Shown here: in pieces, positions 36,326-46,565 of the stretch
Position numbering within the stretch: the first letter of the stretch is position 1
How the letters are laid out: the number at the start of each line of letters is the position of its first letter
Assembly (NCBI GenBank): GCA_021829645.1
Contig: JAKBPI010000001.1
Span: 7,206 to 71,205, forward strand
Direction: 5' to 3'
DNA: 64,000 bases
Source: Actinomycetes bacterium
GTDB taxonomy: Bacteria > Actinomycetota > Acidimicrobiia > Acidimicrobiales > Bog-793
Position numbers and translations under genes: made by a program
Notes under the pieces: model-generated
What the model saw: the letters and a program-made list of their open reading frames with translations, nothing else
Told to the model about the DNA's origin: nothing
Database searches by the model: none

Positions 36326-37945
36326 TTATCTTGTCGAATAGCCTTGACTGATGAGATTTTTCGTCAGCTTACCCCCGAAAGACACGTGCGTCAGATCAAA
36401 AGATTCCGAGTAGCCATACCTAGGAAGTCCTATAATGCCTTTGTCGTGGACTTCTATCACCGGTAATACATAAAGCCAAACGTTTACTGCGGCAGCGGTA
36501 ATTTCTTCCAGGATTTGATGCATGCCTTTTACCCAACCTGTTTTGGTGGGAGATGCATTTGCCTGAGCCAGTTGTTGTGCTACTTTGGCACTCCCCGCAA
36601 AATGCCAGTAATACTTGGAATTCGCGTAATTGGCTACGTCTCTGGCTTCCGCGTGATCGATGATGGTCAAGTCGAAATTCCCGCCGTAAAAGACTTTACT
36701 GAGCCATAATGGCCAGGATACCTGTTGAATATGAACTGTAACCCCGATGGCAGCAAGTTCCTGTTGGATAATCGGCCCGGCCAACTGAGCATAGTAATAA
36801 GGGGGCAGAGTCAGGGTTGTAGAAAACCCATTTGGGTATCCGGCTTGGTTCAGTAGAGCTTTGGCTTTAGTCACGTCATATTTGTAATAATTGGCCAGAT
36901 TTATGTAGTATGGATCAGCCGGTACGGAGTCGCTTCCGATGGCTATGCTTTTACCTCCGGCAGCTACGTCTATGACCTCTTGCTTGTTAATGGCATACTC
37001 CAAAGCTTGCCTTACCAATTTGTTTTTAAAAGGCCCGACTGCGTTGTTGATAGTCAATTGGACCTTGCCGTTGGAAAGCCCGCTGATCAATACGTATTTT
37101 TTTGGATTAGAAGAGAAAAGTGAAATATCAGAAGGCGTTGCCAAATCGTCTATCACATTAATTTGGCCCGTCAAAAGAGCCGTGTCTTCTGTAGCGGGAT
37201 TGGAAAAATAGCGAAACTCAACCCCGCCTACATTCGGAAGTTCTCCGAAATATCTGTGGTTAATCCCCAAAGAAACACTGTAGTTATTGACTTCCCCGGT
37301 AACGACATAAGGACCGGTTCCTATTGGATCCGTGGCTAGAGTCTTGACGGTAGGGGGATCCAGGATGACACCATTGGAATAAGCCGCCATGTCAAATAAG
37401 AACGACCAGCTCTTTTTAATGAGACGCACAGCTACTTCGTCACTACCGACGACTTTGGCACTTTTGACATCAAAGATGTCCCTGTACGGATAAGACGGGT
37501 CTTTCAATACTCTGTCGATGCTGAAAACTACGTCGGCAGGCGTCAATAAATCTCCGTTAGAAAAGTGTACGCCTTGTCGAACGGTGAAAGTATAAAGGGT
37601 GCCGTTGTCAGAAGTCTTCCACTTGCTGGCCAAGACGGGAACAATCGTGCCGTTTGGAGCAAGCTCTACCAAATGCTGCAATACGTTATAGTCTATTACC
37701 TCGTCAATAGCCTGAGCGGCATTAGCCGTAGGGTCTAAGGTGGGAGGAAAAACTGAAGATCCAATGAACAATTTTTTTTTGCTGCTCCCGGTTGTTTTCC
37801 GATCGAATGTCAACCTAGGCGCAGGTTTATAAAAACTTACCCTGCCGGGCCCCGAAGTACGTTCACCGGCTAAAACCGCCATACCGCTTACCAGGCAAAA
37901 GATTAATGCAATTTTCAACGTTTGGCGTAAGGCATTTTTGTACAT
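36326..37945 (-). CDS. Family-5 extracellular solute-binding protein (peptide/nickel/opine type)
   Basis: 539 aa with a signal anchor; family-5 SBP size and motifs (..VHFSNGD.LTA.DVVFS..). First gene of the ABC operon. Confidence 0.85.
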   Translation of the reverse strand: MYKNALRQTLKIALIFCLVSGMAVLAGERTSGPGRVSFYKPAPRLTFDRKTTGSSKKKLFIGSSVFPPTLDPTANAAQAIDEVIDYNVLQHLVELAPNGTIVPVLASKWKTSDNGTLYTFTVRQGVHFSNGDLLTPADVVFSIDRVLKDPSYPYRDIFDVKSAKVVGSDEVAVRLIKKSWSFLFDMAAYSNGVILDPPTVKTLATDPIGTGPYVVTGEVNNYSVSLGINHRYFGELPNVGGVEFRYFSNPATEDTALLTGQINVIDDLATPSDISLFSSNPKKYVLISGLSNGKVQLTINNAVGPFKNKLVRQALEYAINKQEVIDVAAGGKSIAIGSDSVPADPYYINLANYYKYDVTKAKALLNQAGYPNGFSTTLTLPPYYYAQLAGPIIQQELAAIGVTVHIQQVSWPLWLSKVFYGGNFDLTIIDHAEARDVANYANSKYYWHFAGSAKVAQQLAQANASPTKTGWVKGMHQILEEITAAAVNVWLYVLPVIEVHDKGIIGLPRYGYSESFDLTHVSFGGKLTKNLISQGYSTR

Positions 37946-38117
37946 TTATATTTTCCCACCTGTTTTATATAAAAAGCTTATTAGTCAGCATCCGGCATTC
38001 AATTGCATCTAAAATCCCTTATACGAGAACTGCAGTGTACTAAATGCTGTAACACAACTGCAATATTGCCACAATAGAACCCTCCGGTCAAGAAAATCGA
38101 CAAAAACTTAACAGAAT

Positions 38118-39254
38118 ATGACACCGCATAACGAGATGAAAACAAAAATTGACACTTCCCGTAACCAATACGGCTCCCTTACGGACATAGAAGGGCTCTT
38201 GCTCGGACAAAGGGAAGTGGGCGAGAAATTGCCAATTACGGGAGTCACCGCCGTCTTGGCGCCGGAGGGAGCCGCGGCTGGCTTTGAGTGCCGCGGCGGT
38301 GCACCGGCTACCCATGAAACAGACTTACTCAGATGCGGTAATTTGGTCGAGCGTGTTCAGGGTGTCGTACTGACCGGAGGCAGCAGTTTCGGCCTTATCA
38401 GTGCATGCGGCGTACAGCAGTATCTGGCGGAACAGCACTTAGGATGGAGGGTAGGTACTTCGCCTGAAGAAGTCGTGCCTATAGTTCCGGCAGCGGCTAT
38501 TTTTGATTTAGGAAGAAGTAACTCCTTTACGACAAGACCCACTTTTCAACTCGGCTATGAAACAGCGGCTGCTGCCGGCAGAGGTTACGTCGGAGAGGGA
38601 TCTCGAGGAGCGGGTAGCGGGGCCGAAGTCGGAGGTCTTTTGGGCCCCGGATTAGTGGGGGGAATCGGCACCGGGTGCGTTAAAACAGAGGATGGGATAT
38701 CGGTTGCGGCCATTGTCGTAGTCAATTCAGCCGGTCTGCCGATTGACATCGAAACCGGAGAGTTACTAGGCAACGCTCATCTTAACAGTGTTTTCTGTCG
38801 AGCCGAGTTAGTAACGAAGATTGCAGCCCCCACACAAAAAGAAATTTCTCATTGGCAAGCCTATGTTGCTGCCGAAACCAACCGGGGAAAACACCAAGGA
38901 ACTCCCGGAAATACCAATACGGTCATCGGTATTATTGCCACCAATGTCGACCTGCGTCGAGACGAACTCACCAGAATGGCCAAGGTTGCTCATAACGGGT
39001 TAGCCAGATCTATTTCACCGATTCATACCCTCTTTGACGGGGATACGCTATTTTCACTTTCCACAGCTCAGCTCAACCTAGGCAATGACCTGCACGCTCC
39101 GCTTACGGCAGAAAGAGCCCTCGCCTTGAGTAGAGTATATGAATGCGGTGCGACTGCTGTCACCAGGGCTGTCGTCAGAGCAGTAGCAACAGCCCACTCC
39201 AAAGGAGGATTGCCTTGCTACCGAGACTTTTTCCCCAGTCTTTACGATAATTGA
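38118..39254 (+). CDS. DmpA/P1 (S58) family Ntn-hydrolase aminopeptidase
   Basis: GVTAVL, GVVLTGGSSFGL, and GNTNTVIGIIATNVDL (Asn/Thr self-cleavage-site-like) followed by HTLFDGDTLFSLST. Confidence 0.78.
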   Translation: MTPHNEMKTKIDTSRNQYGSLTDIEGLLLGQREVGEKLPITGVTAVLAPEGAAAGFECRGGAPATHETDLLRCGNLVERVQGVVLTGGSSFGLISACGVQQYLAEQHLGWRVGTSPEEVVPIVPAAAIFDLGRSNSFTTRPTFQLGYETAAAAGRGYVGEGSRGAGSGAEVGGLLGPGLVGGIGTGCVKTEDGISVAAIVVVNSAGLPIDIETGELLGNAHLNSVFCRAELVTKIAAPTQKEISHWQAYVAAETNRGKHQGTPGNTNTVIGIIATNVDLRRDELTRMAKVAHNGLARSISPIHTLFDGDTLFSLSTAQLNLGNDLHAPLTAERALALSRVYECGATAVTRAVVRAVATAHSKGGLPCYRDFFPSLYDN

Positions 39255-39263
39255 AACAACTTT

Positions 39264-40355
39264 TTAATTGATTCGAGCAAGCTCAAATAGCAAAGAAGTA
39301 AGGAGAAGTTCTTCGTTTGGATTGCGATTCAGAGCGAGGGAAGCTTCCTCCAACAATTGGACACGTTGCCAAGCGATGTCAACTTCACCGCTCTCATAGC
39401 TTGTATCTATTTTTTGATAATAACTGTGAATCAGCTCGGAAAAACCGGACTTTAATTCGTCAGTGCGGACTCTTCTGATTTTTCTTTTATTTCTTTCTTC
39501 TATACCCTGTCTGTTGAAAGCCGATAAACCTCCGGCAGAGGATTCCAAAGCCGCCAATTCACTTTTACCTTCTTCGACGAGATGCTCAACTAGGACATCG
39601 AGTGAAGCCGCTATGCCATCCACTATTCCTGCGATGACAGAACCTTCTGCCTTGAGTCTGTTGGGTATATCGTGCCAAATTTGGCGCCTTGGTAAAAAAC
39701 TTTCGTCTTCCAGCAGTAGGTGAGCTCTGGCCAAACTGCCTCTGGAAAACAAAGCTATTTCGTGCGCCAATTGGGTATCAACACCTCGGGTGACGAGCAT
39801 CTGCTCGATTATCTCCTCGGCCACTGGGTTGAACTGGATTTGCACACATCTGGAAGCCACAGTAATAAGATGCGGCGTTACTTCTTCGGTCAAAACGATA
39901 AACACAGTGCTCTCTGGCGGCTCTTCTATGGTTTTAAGAAGAGCGGCAGCGGCTTCTTCTGCCAAATGAAAATCACACAGGATGATCACCTGTCTTTTGG
40001 CAACACTGGGAGAACGCTGAGCCAAAGCTACAACATTTCTCGCAGCATCTACCGAGATTTGTGATCCTTCGCGTTCTATGACCACCAAATCTCTGTGGAT
40101 CCCAGCCATGGCATCGGCACAATGCGGACAGGAACCACATCCAAAATTGTCACATAGCAACGAGGCGGCAAACGCCAAAGCAGCGTTCTTCTTGCCGACC
40201 CCGGCCGGACCGATAAACATGTAAGCGTGAACCGGAGAATGTAAAGAAGCCCTGAGAAGTTTCTTAGCTGCATCTTGTCCTAAGATATTCTCCAGGTTCG
40301 AGGCATAATTACTACTTTGATTCCCGGTATCGTTTAGCGACATTTCAATCACCAA
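39264..40355 (-). CDS. holB: DNA polymerase III delta-prime subunit
   Basis: HAYMFIGPAGVGKKN, zinc module CGSCPHC, and an SRC motif (VASRCVQIQF); follows tmk with an 11-nt overlap. Confidence 0.85.
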   Translation of the reverse strand: MVIEMSLNDTGNQSSNYASNLENILGQDAAKKLLRASLHSPVHAYMFIGPAGVGKKNAALAFAASLLCDNFGCGSCPHCADAMAGIHRDLVVIEREGSQISVDAARNVVALAQRSPSVAKRQVIILCDFHLAEEAAAALLKTIEEPPESTVFIVLTEEVTPHLITVASRCVQIQFNPVAEEIIEQMLVTRGVDTQLAHEIALFSRGSLARAHLLLEDESFLPRRQIWHDIPNRLKAEGSVIAGIVDGIAASLDVLVEHLVEEGKSELAALESSAGGLSAFNRQGIEERNKRKIRRVRTDELKSGFSELIHSYYQKIDTSYESGEVDIAWQRVQLLEEASLALNRNPNEELLLTSLLFELARIN

Positions 40356-40956
40356 GACGCGGTAACACCAGTGAATTTACTGTTTCGGCTGTTTCAGCTA
40401 TACTTCTCGATGCATCTACTACCACCCACGATGCGGGATTGTCACTTGCCAAACGACGGAAACCTTCCAATACTCTTTCATGAAAAGATTGCCCCTCGTC
40501 CTCTATGCGATCACCCCCTAAAGACTTTCTTGTCAGTGCCACCTCCAGGCTGATGTCCAATAAAACATAGATATCTGGTTCCAGTCCATATGAAGCAAAA
40601 CCCACAACTTCTTCTACCTCATCTATAGGAAGTCTTCGACCAAAACCTTGATAAGCAAGGGTTGATGCCGAATATCGATCACAGACTACATTACGGCCCT
40701 GCTCAAGTGCAGGCTCTATGACTTCTTTTACATGCTGCGCCCTGGCAGCAGCCATCAAAAAGAGTTCGGCTTTTGGCATAAGCAAAACATCTCCGTCTGG
40801 GACAAGCAACAGAGATCTGATGCGCTCACCCAATTTGGTTCCTCCGGGCTCGCGCGTCAAAAGAGCATTTACTTTTGCCGCAAACAGTTCGGCTTGTGTA
40901 GATTTACCGGCGGCATCTCCGCCTTCAAAAACTATAAATTTGCCCCTTTTGTTCAT
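40345..40956 (-). CDS. tmk: Thymidylate kinase
   Basis: P-loop FIVFEGGDAAGKST, TREPGGT, DRY motif (CDRYSAST). Confidence 0.92.
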   Translation of the reverse strand: MNKRGKFIVFEGGDAAGKSTQAELFAAKVNALLTREPGGTKLGERIRSLLLVPDGDVLLMPKAELFLMAAARAQHVKEVIEPALEQGRNVVCDRYSASTLAYQGFGRRLPIDEVEEVVGFASYGLEPDIYVLLDISLEVALTRKSLGGDRIEDEGQSFHERVLEGFRRLASDNPASWVVVDASRSIAETAETVNSLVLPRLGD

Positions 40957-40992
40957 AGATCAAGATCCCTTCCGGAAAAAGTACGGTGCATG

Positions 40993-43806
40993 CTATAAAG
41001 CCGCACTCTTCTTGACGGGTGATTTTTTAGCTACAGTCTTTGCCGCAGTAGCGGATGTCTTTTTGGCAGAAGTTTTCTTGGCAACACTCTTCTTGACGGG
41101 TGATTTTTTAGCTACAGTCTTTGCCGCAGTAGCGGATGTCTTTTTGGCAGAAGTTTTCTTGGCCGCGCTCTTCTTCTTTTGATCACCTTGGGAAGCCAGT
41201 AAGATTCTTCTGTCAGCCAAAAGCTCTAAAGCCCGCTCAGTGGTCAGCGACGACTGGTCATCCCCCCTACGAAGCGAGGCGTTAATTTCTCCGTCTGTTA
41301 CATAAGGCCCAAATCTTCCCGTCTTGAGCAAAATCTTTTTTCCGGTTTCCGGATCAGTTCCCACCTCTGTAGCCTGAGAAGAGCCTCTGGCTGATCTCCT
41401 CTCTTTTGGCTTAGCCAACAAATCCAAGGCCTCTTGGAGGGTAACGGTAAAAATACGTTCTTCGCTCTCTAGACTTCTGGAGTCTTTGTCTCTTTGGATA
41501 TAAGGACCGTAGCGACCGTTTTTCGCCCAAATTTCAATTCCCGTTTCTGGATCTTTTCCCAGTAATCTGGGCAAAGATAAAAGTTGCAGTGCTTCGTCTA
41601 GACTGAGAGCAGAAGACGACATGTAGGTAAGCAGGGAAGCCGCTTTAGATTTGTCCGGGTCGTCCGCATCGATCAATTGTACGTAAGGCCCGAATCGCCC
41701 TTTTTTCAAAAAAACATCCTGCTGCGTTACCGGGTCCTTACCCAAAAGACGTTCTTCGGGAATAGCCTCCAAGAGTTCTGTGGCTTTTTCCACATTCAGT
41801 TCATCCGGAGCCAAGTCTTCAGGTATGGAAACACGCTGCTCTCCGCATTCCAGATAAGGTCCGTAACGTCCTACCCTGGCCACTATCGCCTGTCCGGAGT
41901 CATTGACGCCTATCGGAATGGAGTTGATTTCACGGGCGTCTATCATGGCCAGTCGCGTCGCAATGAGATTCTTTAATCCGGTCTCCTGATCCTCTATATA
42001 CTCTTTGTCATCGCCGGTATCTGATTTTTTGCCGCTCCCAAAATAAAATTTTTCCAACCAAGGCAGCATCTCTTCTTCGCCGTTGGCTATGGCATCCAAG
42101 TCATTTTCCATGGAAGCGGTAAAACTGTAATCAACCAGCTTGGTGAAATATCTTTCCAGCAGTGAGACCACCGCAAAAGCCAGAAATGTCGGCACCAAAG
42201 CGGTACCTTTCTTCCAAACGTATCCTCTCTCCTGAATTGTTTGCAGCATAGAAGCATAGGTAGAAGGCCTACCCACCCCGAGTTCTTCTACTTTCTTCAC
42301 CAGGGAGGCCTCTGTATAGCGAGCAGGCGGCTTGGTTTGATGACCCGCCGGGATAATTTCTTCCGGAGTGAGTAAATCTCCTTTGTTTAGCTGAGGCAAC
42401 ATTACCTGATCGGAATCTTCTTCGGAATCAGTATCTTCCTTATAGACTTGCAAAAAGCCGGGAGACGTAATCACGGTTCCAGAAGCCGAAAACTCCAAAA
42501 ATGACCCCTGTGGAAATCTGCCGGCGTCTTCTAAAAGAACAGATTTAATTCTGACTTTTACCGTTTTTCCAACAGCATCGGTCATCTGAGAAGCCATGGT
42601 TCTTTTATAAATTAACTCATAAAGTTTGGCTTCGTCCGAAGTCAGTTTTTTGGCCAAAGCAGCCGGTTCGTGGAACTTATCCCCAGCCGGTCGAATCGCT
42701 TCGTGAGCTTCTTGGGCATTTTTGACTTTCTTCAAATACACTCTGGGCTGTTTTGGCACGCTTTGATTGCCGAATAAGTTCGCAATTGTTCTCCGAATTT
42801 CCGATAATGCGGCTTCCGATAAATTGGTGGAGTCCGTTCTCATATAGGTTATAAAACCCTGTTCGTAGAGACGTTGCGCAATCTGCATAGTTCTTTGTGC
42901 TGAAAATTTTAACTTGCGCCCCGCCTCCTGCTGGAGAGTGGAGGTAATAAAAGGAGGGGCCGGTGAACGCCTATACGGTCTTTCCTCCGTGCCAACAACT
43001 TCAAATTGTCCTTTTGCCAATACTTCGCTCAGGACAACGGCTGTTTTTTCATCCAGTAGCTCCAATTGTGCTTCCGTGGATGTCGCCCCCGAGGAATCAA
43101 AAGAGGAACCTTCGGCGACTTTTACGTCATTTATTTTCGTGAGCGAAGCGGAAAATCTTTGCTCCCCTTCTGTCAGCAGTTTGGCTGAGATATCCCACCA
43201 ATTTGCCGATACGAATTTTATTCTTTCGCGCTCGCGCTCAACTACGATCCTGGTAAATACGCTCTGTACCCGACCGGCAGAAAGGCCTTGCATAACTTTT
43301 TTCCAAAGTACCGGCGATACTTCATACCCGTACAGTCGGTCCAGGATTCTTCTGGCCTCCTGGGCGTTAACCAAGTTCGCGTCAACTTCCCTGGGATGTT
43401 GAATAGCATATTCTATGGCACTTCCCGTTATTTCATGAAACACCATCCGCTTGACGGGAACTTTTGGCTGAAGAACTTCAAACAAATGCCAGGCTATGGA
43501 TTCCCCTTCTCGGTCTTCATCCGTAGCGAGGTATATTTCACTGGCAGAGGCCAGTAACTTTTTCAACTTATTTACTTGGTCCCGTTTGGAGGACGGCACG
43601 ACATAAAGGGGCCTGAAGTTGTGCTCTACGTCAACTCCGAGTCTGGCCCATGGTTCCTTTTTGACTTCTTGCGGAATTTCCGCTGCCGACTTGGGTAGGT
43701 CACGGATGTGTCCTATAGATGACTCCACTAGAAAATCAGAACCCAAAAAGTCGCCAATGGTTTTTGCTTTGGCCGGTGACTCTACAATCACTAAAGGTTT
43801 TGCCAT
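40993..43806 (-). CDS. topA: DNA topoisomerase I with a Lys/Ala-rich C-terminal tail
   Basis: Toprim LVIVESPAKAKTI, active-site region YITYMRTDS, repeated GRFGPY/GRYGPY C-terminal domains, AKK-rich tail. ATG at 43806 (MAKPLVIVESP) is preferred over the track's TTG at 43824. Confidence 0.95.
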   Translation of the reverse strand: MAKPLVIVESPAKAKTIGDFLGSDFLVESSIGHIRDLPKSAAEIPQEVKKEPWARLGVDVEHNFRPLYVVPSSKRDQVNKLKKLLASASEIYLATDEDREGESIAWHLFEVLQPKVPVKRMVFHEITGSAIEYAIQHPREVDANLVNAQEARRILDRLYGYEVSPVLWKKVMQGLSAGRVQSVFTRIVVERERERIKFVSANWWDISAKLLTEGEQRFSASLTKINDVKVAEGSSFDSSGATSTEAQLELLDEKTAVVLSEVLAKGQFEVVGTEERPYRRSPAPPFITSTLQQEAGRKLKFSAQRTMQIAQRLYEQGFITYMRTDSTNLSEAALSEIRRTIANLFGNQSVPKQPRVYLKKVKNAQEAHEAIRPAGDKFHEPAALAKKLTSDEAKLYELIYKRTMASQMTDAVGKTVKVRIKSVLLEDAGRFPQGSFLEFSASGTVITSPGFLQVYKEDTDSEEDSDQVMLPQLNKGDLLTPEEIIPAGHQTKPPARYTEASLVKKVEELGVGRPSTYASMLQTIQERGYVWKKGTALVPTFLAFAVVSLLERYFTKLVDYSFTASMENDLDAIANGEEEMLPWLEKFYFGSGKKSDTGDDKEYIEDQETGLKNLIATRLAMIDAREINSIPIGVNDSGQAIVARVGRYGPYLECGEQRVSIPEDLAPDELNVEKATELLEAIPEERLLGKDPVTQQDVFLKKGRFGPYVQLIDADDPDKSKAASLLTYMSSSALSLDEALQLLSLPRLLGKDPETGIEIWAKNGRYGPYIQRDKDSRSLESEERIFTVTLQEALDLLAKPKERRSARGSSQATEVGTDPETGKKILLKTGRFGPYVTDGEINASLRRGDDQSSLTTERALELLADRRILLASQGDQKKKSAAKKTSAKKTSATAAKTVAKKSPVKKSVAKKTSAKKTSATAAKTVAKKSPVKKSAAL
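41004..41165 (-). repeat. 81-bp (27-aa) tandem duplication inside the topA tail (79 bp of each unit identical)
   Basis: 41004-41082 is identical to 41085-41163. It encodes AKKTSAKKTSATAAKTVAKKSPVKKS(V/A) twice. Confidence 0.9.
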
Positions 43807-43930
43807 TTTAAATATTACTTTCAATCATAGATTGACTTCTTACCCATATCGTCTTTACAGCCAAAACTATAGCCAACCATGAAATCATCTGTTGTCCTAA
43901 AAAATAACATACGTCGATATTAATGCCGAA

Positions 43931-46348
43931 TTACCCCTCATTGCCGTCGGCCCCCTGCAAAATTGTGTAAGAAGGGTTTATCATTGCTTTGCGCTTATAT
44001 CTGTCGCCCACTATACCTTCAGCAACAATGATTGCCCCAGGCTCCACTCCCGGCAAAGTTCTTCTCCCTTGAAATATCAACAACATTTGGCCAGTACTGT
44101 CAACCAAAACGCATTCCAGACTGGATATACCGCCGGCCGGTTGAATCCTTACTGATTTTATCCTACCTACCACTCTGGCGTGGCGTCTCCAAACTGTATT
44201 CTGAATCGGCACAGCACCGTTCACGGAAGAAAAAGCCGGGGGTAGTACGTCATCTGCATGGTCATCCGATTGAATTTCTATTTCCGTGGTGGTCTGCCTG
44301 GTTGTAACTTCCGGAAGGGTGATTCTCTTGCGCTTCCCAAGCGGATAAGCAATGATGGTAGCACTGGCATTAGGTATCTCGTTCACCATAGAGGAAAGGC
44401 GCTCACTGGCTCTGTCGTGTACTATTCGCCTGAGTAAACCGCTGTAAACAGCTCTTGGTAGCAAAACGCTTACTTCCGTTTCCCCGTCGCAGGCGGCTTC
44501 TGCCACGTGTTCCATCACAGCCCTACCCAACCTGCGATCTTGGCACTCAATGACTTCCAAAGAAACCCCGTCGATGCCCAAGTCAGACCATATTTCTTCC
44601 AGTTCGTGGGCCACTTGGGTGTCTAGGAGAAAGTGTACCGCTCTAACCTCTGTACTGAGAGTCCTCGCATACTGCAACGCCCTGGCAGCCGCCAAGTCGA
44701 ACCTGTCGATCAGAACCATCACCACATGTCTTCTTAAAATAGGTGCTTCTACAGCCTTTTTAACGTTTTGCTCTAGCTCTTTTTGGGTATCGACATAAGT
44801 CGCATGGAGTTTAATCAAGAACCAAACCAGCACCGGGAAAAGGACCACAACTGCCCATGCCCCTTGAGTAAATTTGGTGACGGCAAAAATGATCACCACC
44901 AGGAAAGCGAGAACAGCAGCGAATCCATTGATGACAATTTTTCTCTTATAGTTCTTTTCACGGAAAGTCACGTGGTGTTTTACCATCCCGGAGCCGGCGA
45001 TGGTAAATCCCGTAAACACACCTATAGCATAAACGGCTACCAATGCATCCACCTGGGCTCTTGTGACAATCAAAAGAGCGCATGCCGCCACTGTCAAAAT
45101 TAGTATTCCGTTGGAAAAGACTAGGCGGTGGCCTCTCTTAGTCAGCGCTTTTGGCAAAAAGGCATCTTTAGCGACAAAGCTTGCTAGGTTGGGAAAACCG
45201 TTGAAACTGGTGTTGGCCCCCGTATAGAGGATGAGCATGGTAACAGCTTGGATAAAGTAGAAACATATTTTTCCGAAAAGGTTGGTGCCAAAAACGTATT
45301 TTGCCTCTTGGGACAGAACAGTAGGACTGCCCAATACATACGGTACGGCATGGGTTTTCCAAGCCAGAAAGGAAACTCCCAAAACCAAAAATCCCAACAC
45401 GGAAGACATAGATACCAGAGTCTTTCTGGCATTTCTTCCCTCAGGCTGCCGGAAATTGGCGACACCGTTAGAGATGGCTTCCAGCCCCGTGAGCGAAGAG
45501 CCTCCGTTGGCAAAAGCCTTGAGCACTATGAAAAGACTTGCCCCTGCAAAGATACCTGACGTAACGTGATCAGGACCAGATAGTGCCCCTTGTACATTGA
45601 TTGTATGAGCTGAGAGTTGCCCCAAGAGACTTCTGATACCCCCTACGATCACCATGGCACCCAGACCTACGATAAAAAGGTAGGTTGGAATGGCAAAAGT
45701 TTTACCGGCCTCCCTAATACCTCTCAGATTCCCGTAACAGATAATCAAGACTACAGCCAAAGTGATCGGCAACTGGTAGGGAACAAGAAGCGGGAAAGCC
45801 GACGTAAGTGCATCAGTGCCGGCCGCTGTTTGAACGGCAACAGTCACTGTATAGTCAATGATGAGAGCCACTGCTGCCACTTGGGCAAATTTCGGTCCGA
45901 AATTTTCCCTGGCTACCACGTAGCTTCCGCCAGCCTTGGTATAGATCATCACGACTTCACGATAAGAAAGTGTGACAAAAAACAACACGGCAACAACGGC
46001 AAAGGTTATTGGCATGATAAGCCCAAAAGCAGCTATACCGATGGCCGGTACCAACTGTGTCAGAATTTCCTCTGTTCCGTATGCCGTGGAAGAAATACAG
46101 TCCGGAGAAAGTACGCCAAGAGCTATGAAATTACTCAATCTCTGTTCGGAAAGCTTTTCCGTAATAAGAGGCGGCCCAAGAAGTCTTTTTTTCAACCTAT
46201 AGGTCAGAGACTCCGGAATCTCGATTTTCACTGTCACCGGCTTGGGTCCGGAAAAAGGTTGAGAGGCTTTATCTAAAGCAGCAGATGTGTGCGCATCTTG
46301 CTTTATGTTGCCCGGTAGGACATTACCGGTATCGGATAAGTCGGTCAC
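43931..46348 (-). CDS. APC-superfamily permease fused to a C-terminal cytoplasmic extension ending in an OB-fold-like domain
   Basis: The first ~520 aa have 12+ TM helices of amino-acid/polyamine permease type. The tail ..VVGRIKSVRIQPAGGISSLECVLVDSTGQMLLIFQGRR..VAEGIV.. looks like an OB-fold barrel. Confidence 0.75.
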   Translation of the reverse strand: MTDLSDTGNVLPGNIKQDAHTSAALDKASQPFSGPKPVTVKIEIPESLTYRLKKRLLGPPLITEKLSEQRLSNFIALGVLSPDCISSTAYGTEEILTQLVPAIGIAAFGLIMPITFAVVAVLFFVTLSYREVVMIYTKAGGSYVVARENFGPKFAQVAAVALIIDYTVTVAVQTAAGTDALTSAFPLLVPYQLPITLAVVLIICYGNLRGIREAGKTFAIPTYLFIVGLGAMVIVGGIRSLLGQLSAHTINVQGALSGPDHVTSGIFAGASLFIVLKAFANGGSSLTGLEAISNGVANFRQPEGRNARKTLVSMSSVLGFLVLGVSFLAWKTHAVPYVLGSPTVLSQEAKYVFGTNLFGKICFYFIQAVTMLILYTGANTSFNGFPNLASFVAKDAFLPKALTKRGHRLVFSNGILILTVAACALLIVTRAQVDALVAVYAIGVFTGFTIAGSGMVKHHVTFREKNYKRKIVINGFAAVLAFLVVIIFAVTKFTQGAWAVVVLFPVLVWFLIKLHATYVDTQKELEQNVKKAVEAPILRRHVVMVLIDRFDLAAARALQYARTLSTEVRAVHFLLDTQVAHELEEIWSDLGIDGVSLEVIECQDRRLGRAVMEHVAEAACDGETEVSVLLPRAVYSGLLRRIVHDRASERLSSMVNEIPNASATIIAYPLGKRKRITLPEVTTRQTTTEIEIQSDDHADDVLPPAFSSVNGAVPIQNTVWRRHARVVGRIKSVRIQPAGGISSLECVLVDSTGQMLLIFQGRRTLPGVEPGAIIVAEGIVGDRYKRKAMINPSYTILQGADGNEG

Positions 46349-46565
46349 GATACAAAAATTTAGCAGAACAAGATAGGTCCTATCAGAATAAAGCGGCTTA
46401 CATCTTAAATAGCCGGAAAAATAGGCTTGTCTAAGAAGAAACTTCGATAAAAACCGGTTTTATGATCTGAATAAGTGAGTCTCTCAAGTAAAAAGGTATA
46501 CTGATGATAGAAAAGATAAGTTGATAACTTATCTTGATTCCATTTAAAAAGAGTATTGATTAAAT

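Noticed and set aside
41004-41165. topA tail duplication as evidence of a mobile or foreign insertion
   Set aside because: It is in frame, has the same composition as the surrounding Lys/Ala-rich tail, and is a simple tandem copy. Slippage or unequal recombination is sufficient to explain it.
46349-46565. Possible riboswitch (for example c-di-AMP/ydaO-type) upstream of the trkA pair or the permease
   Set aside because: I could not recognise any conserved riboswitch core by eye. The region is AT-rich, and its only clear structure is one short palindrome. A covariance-model scan (Rfam/Infernal) is needed.
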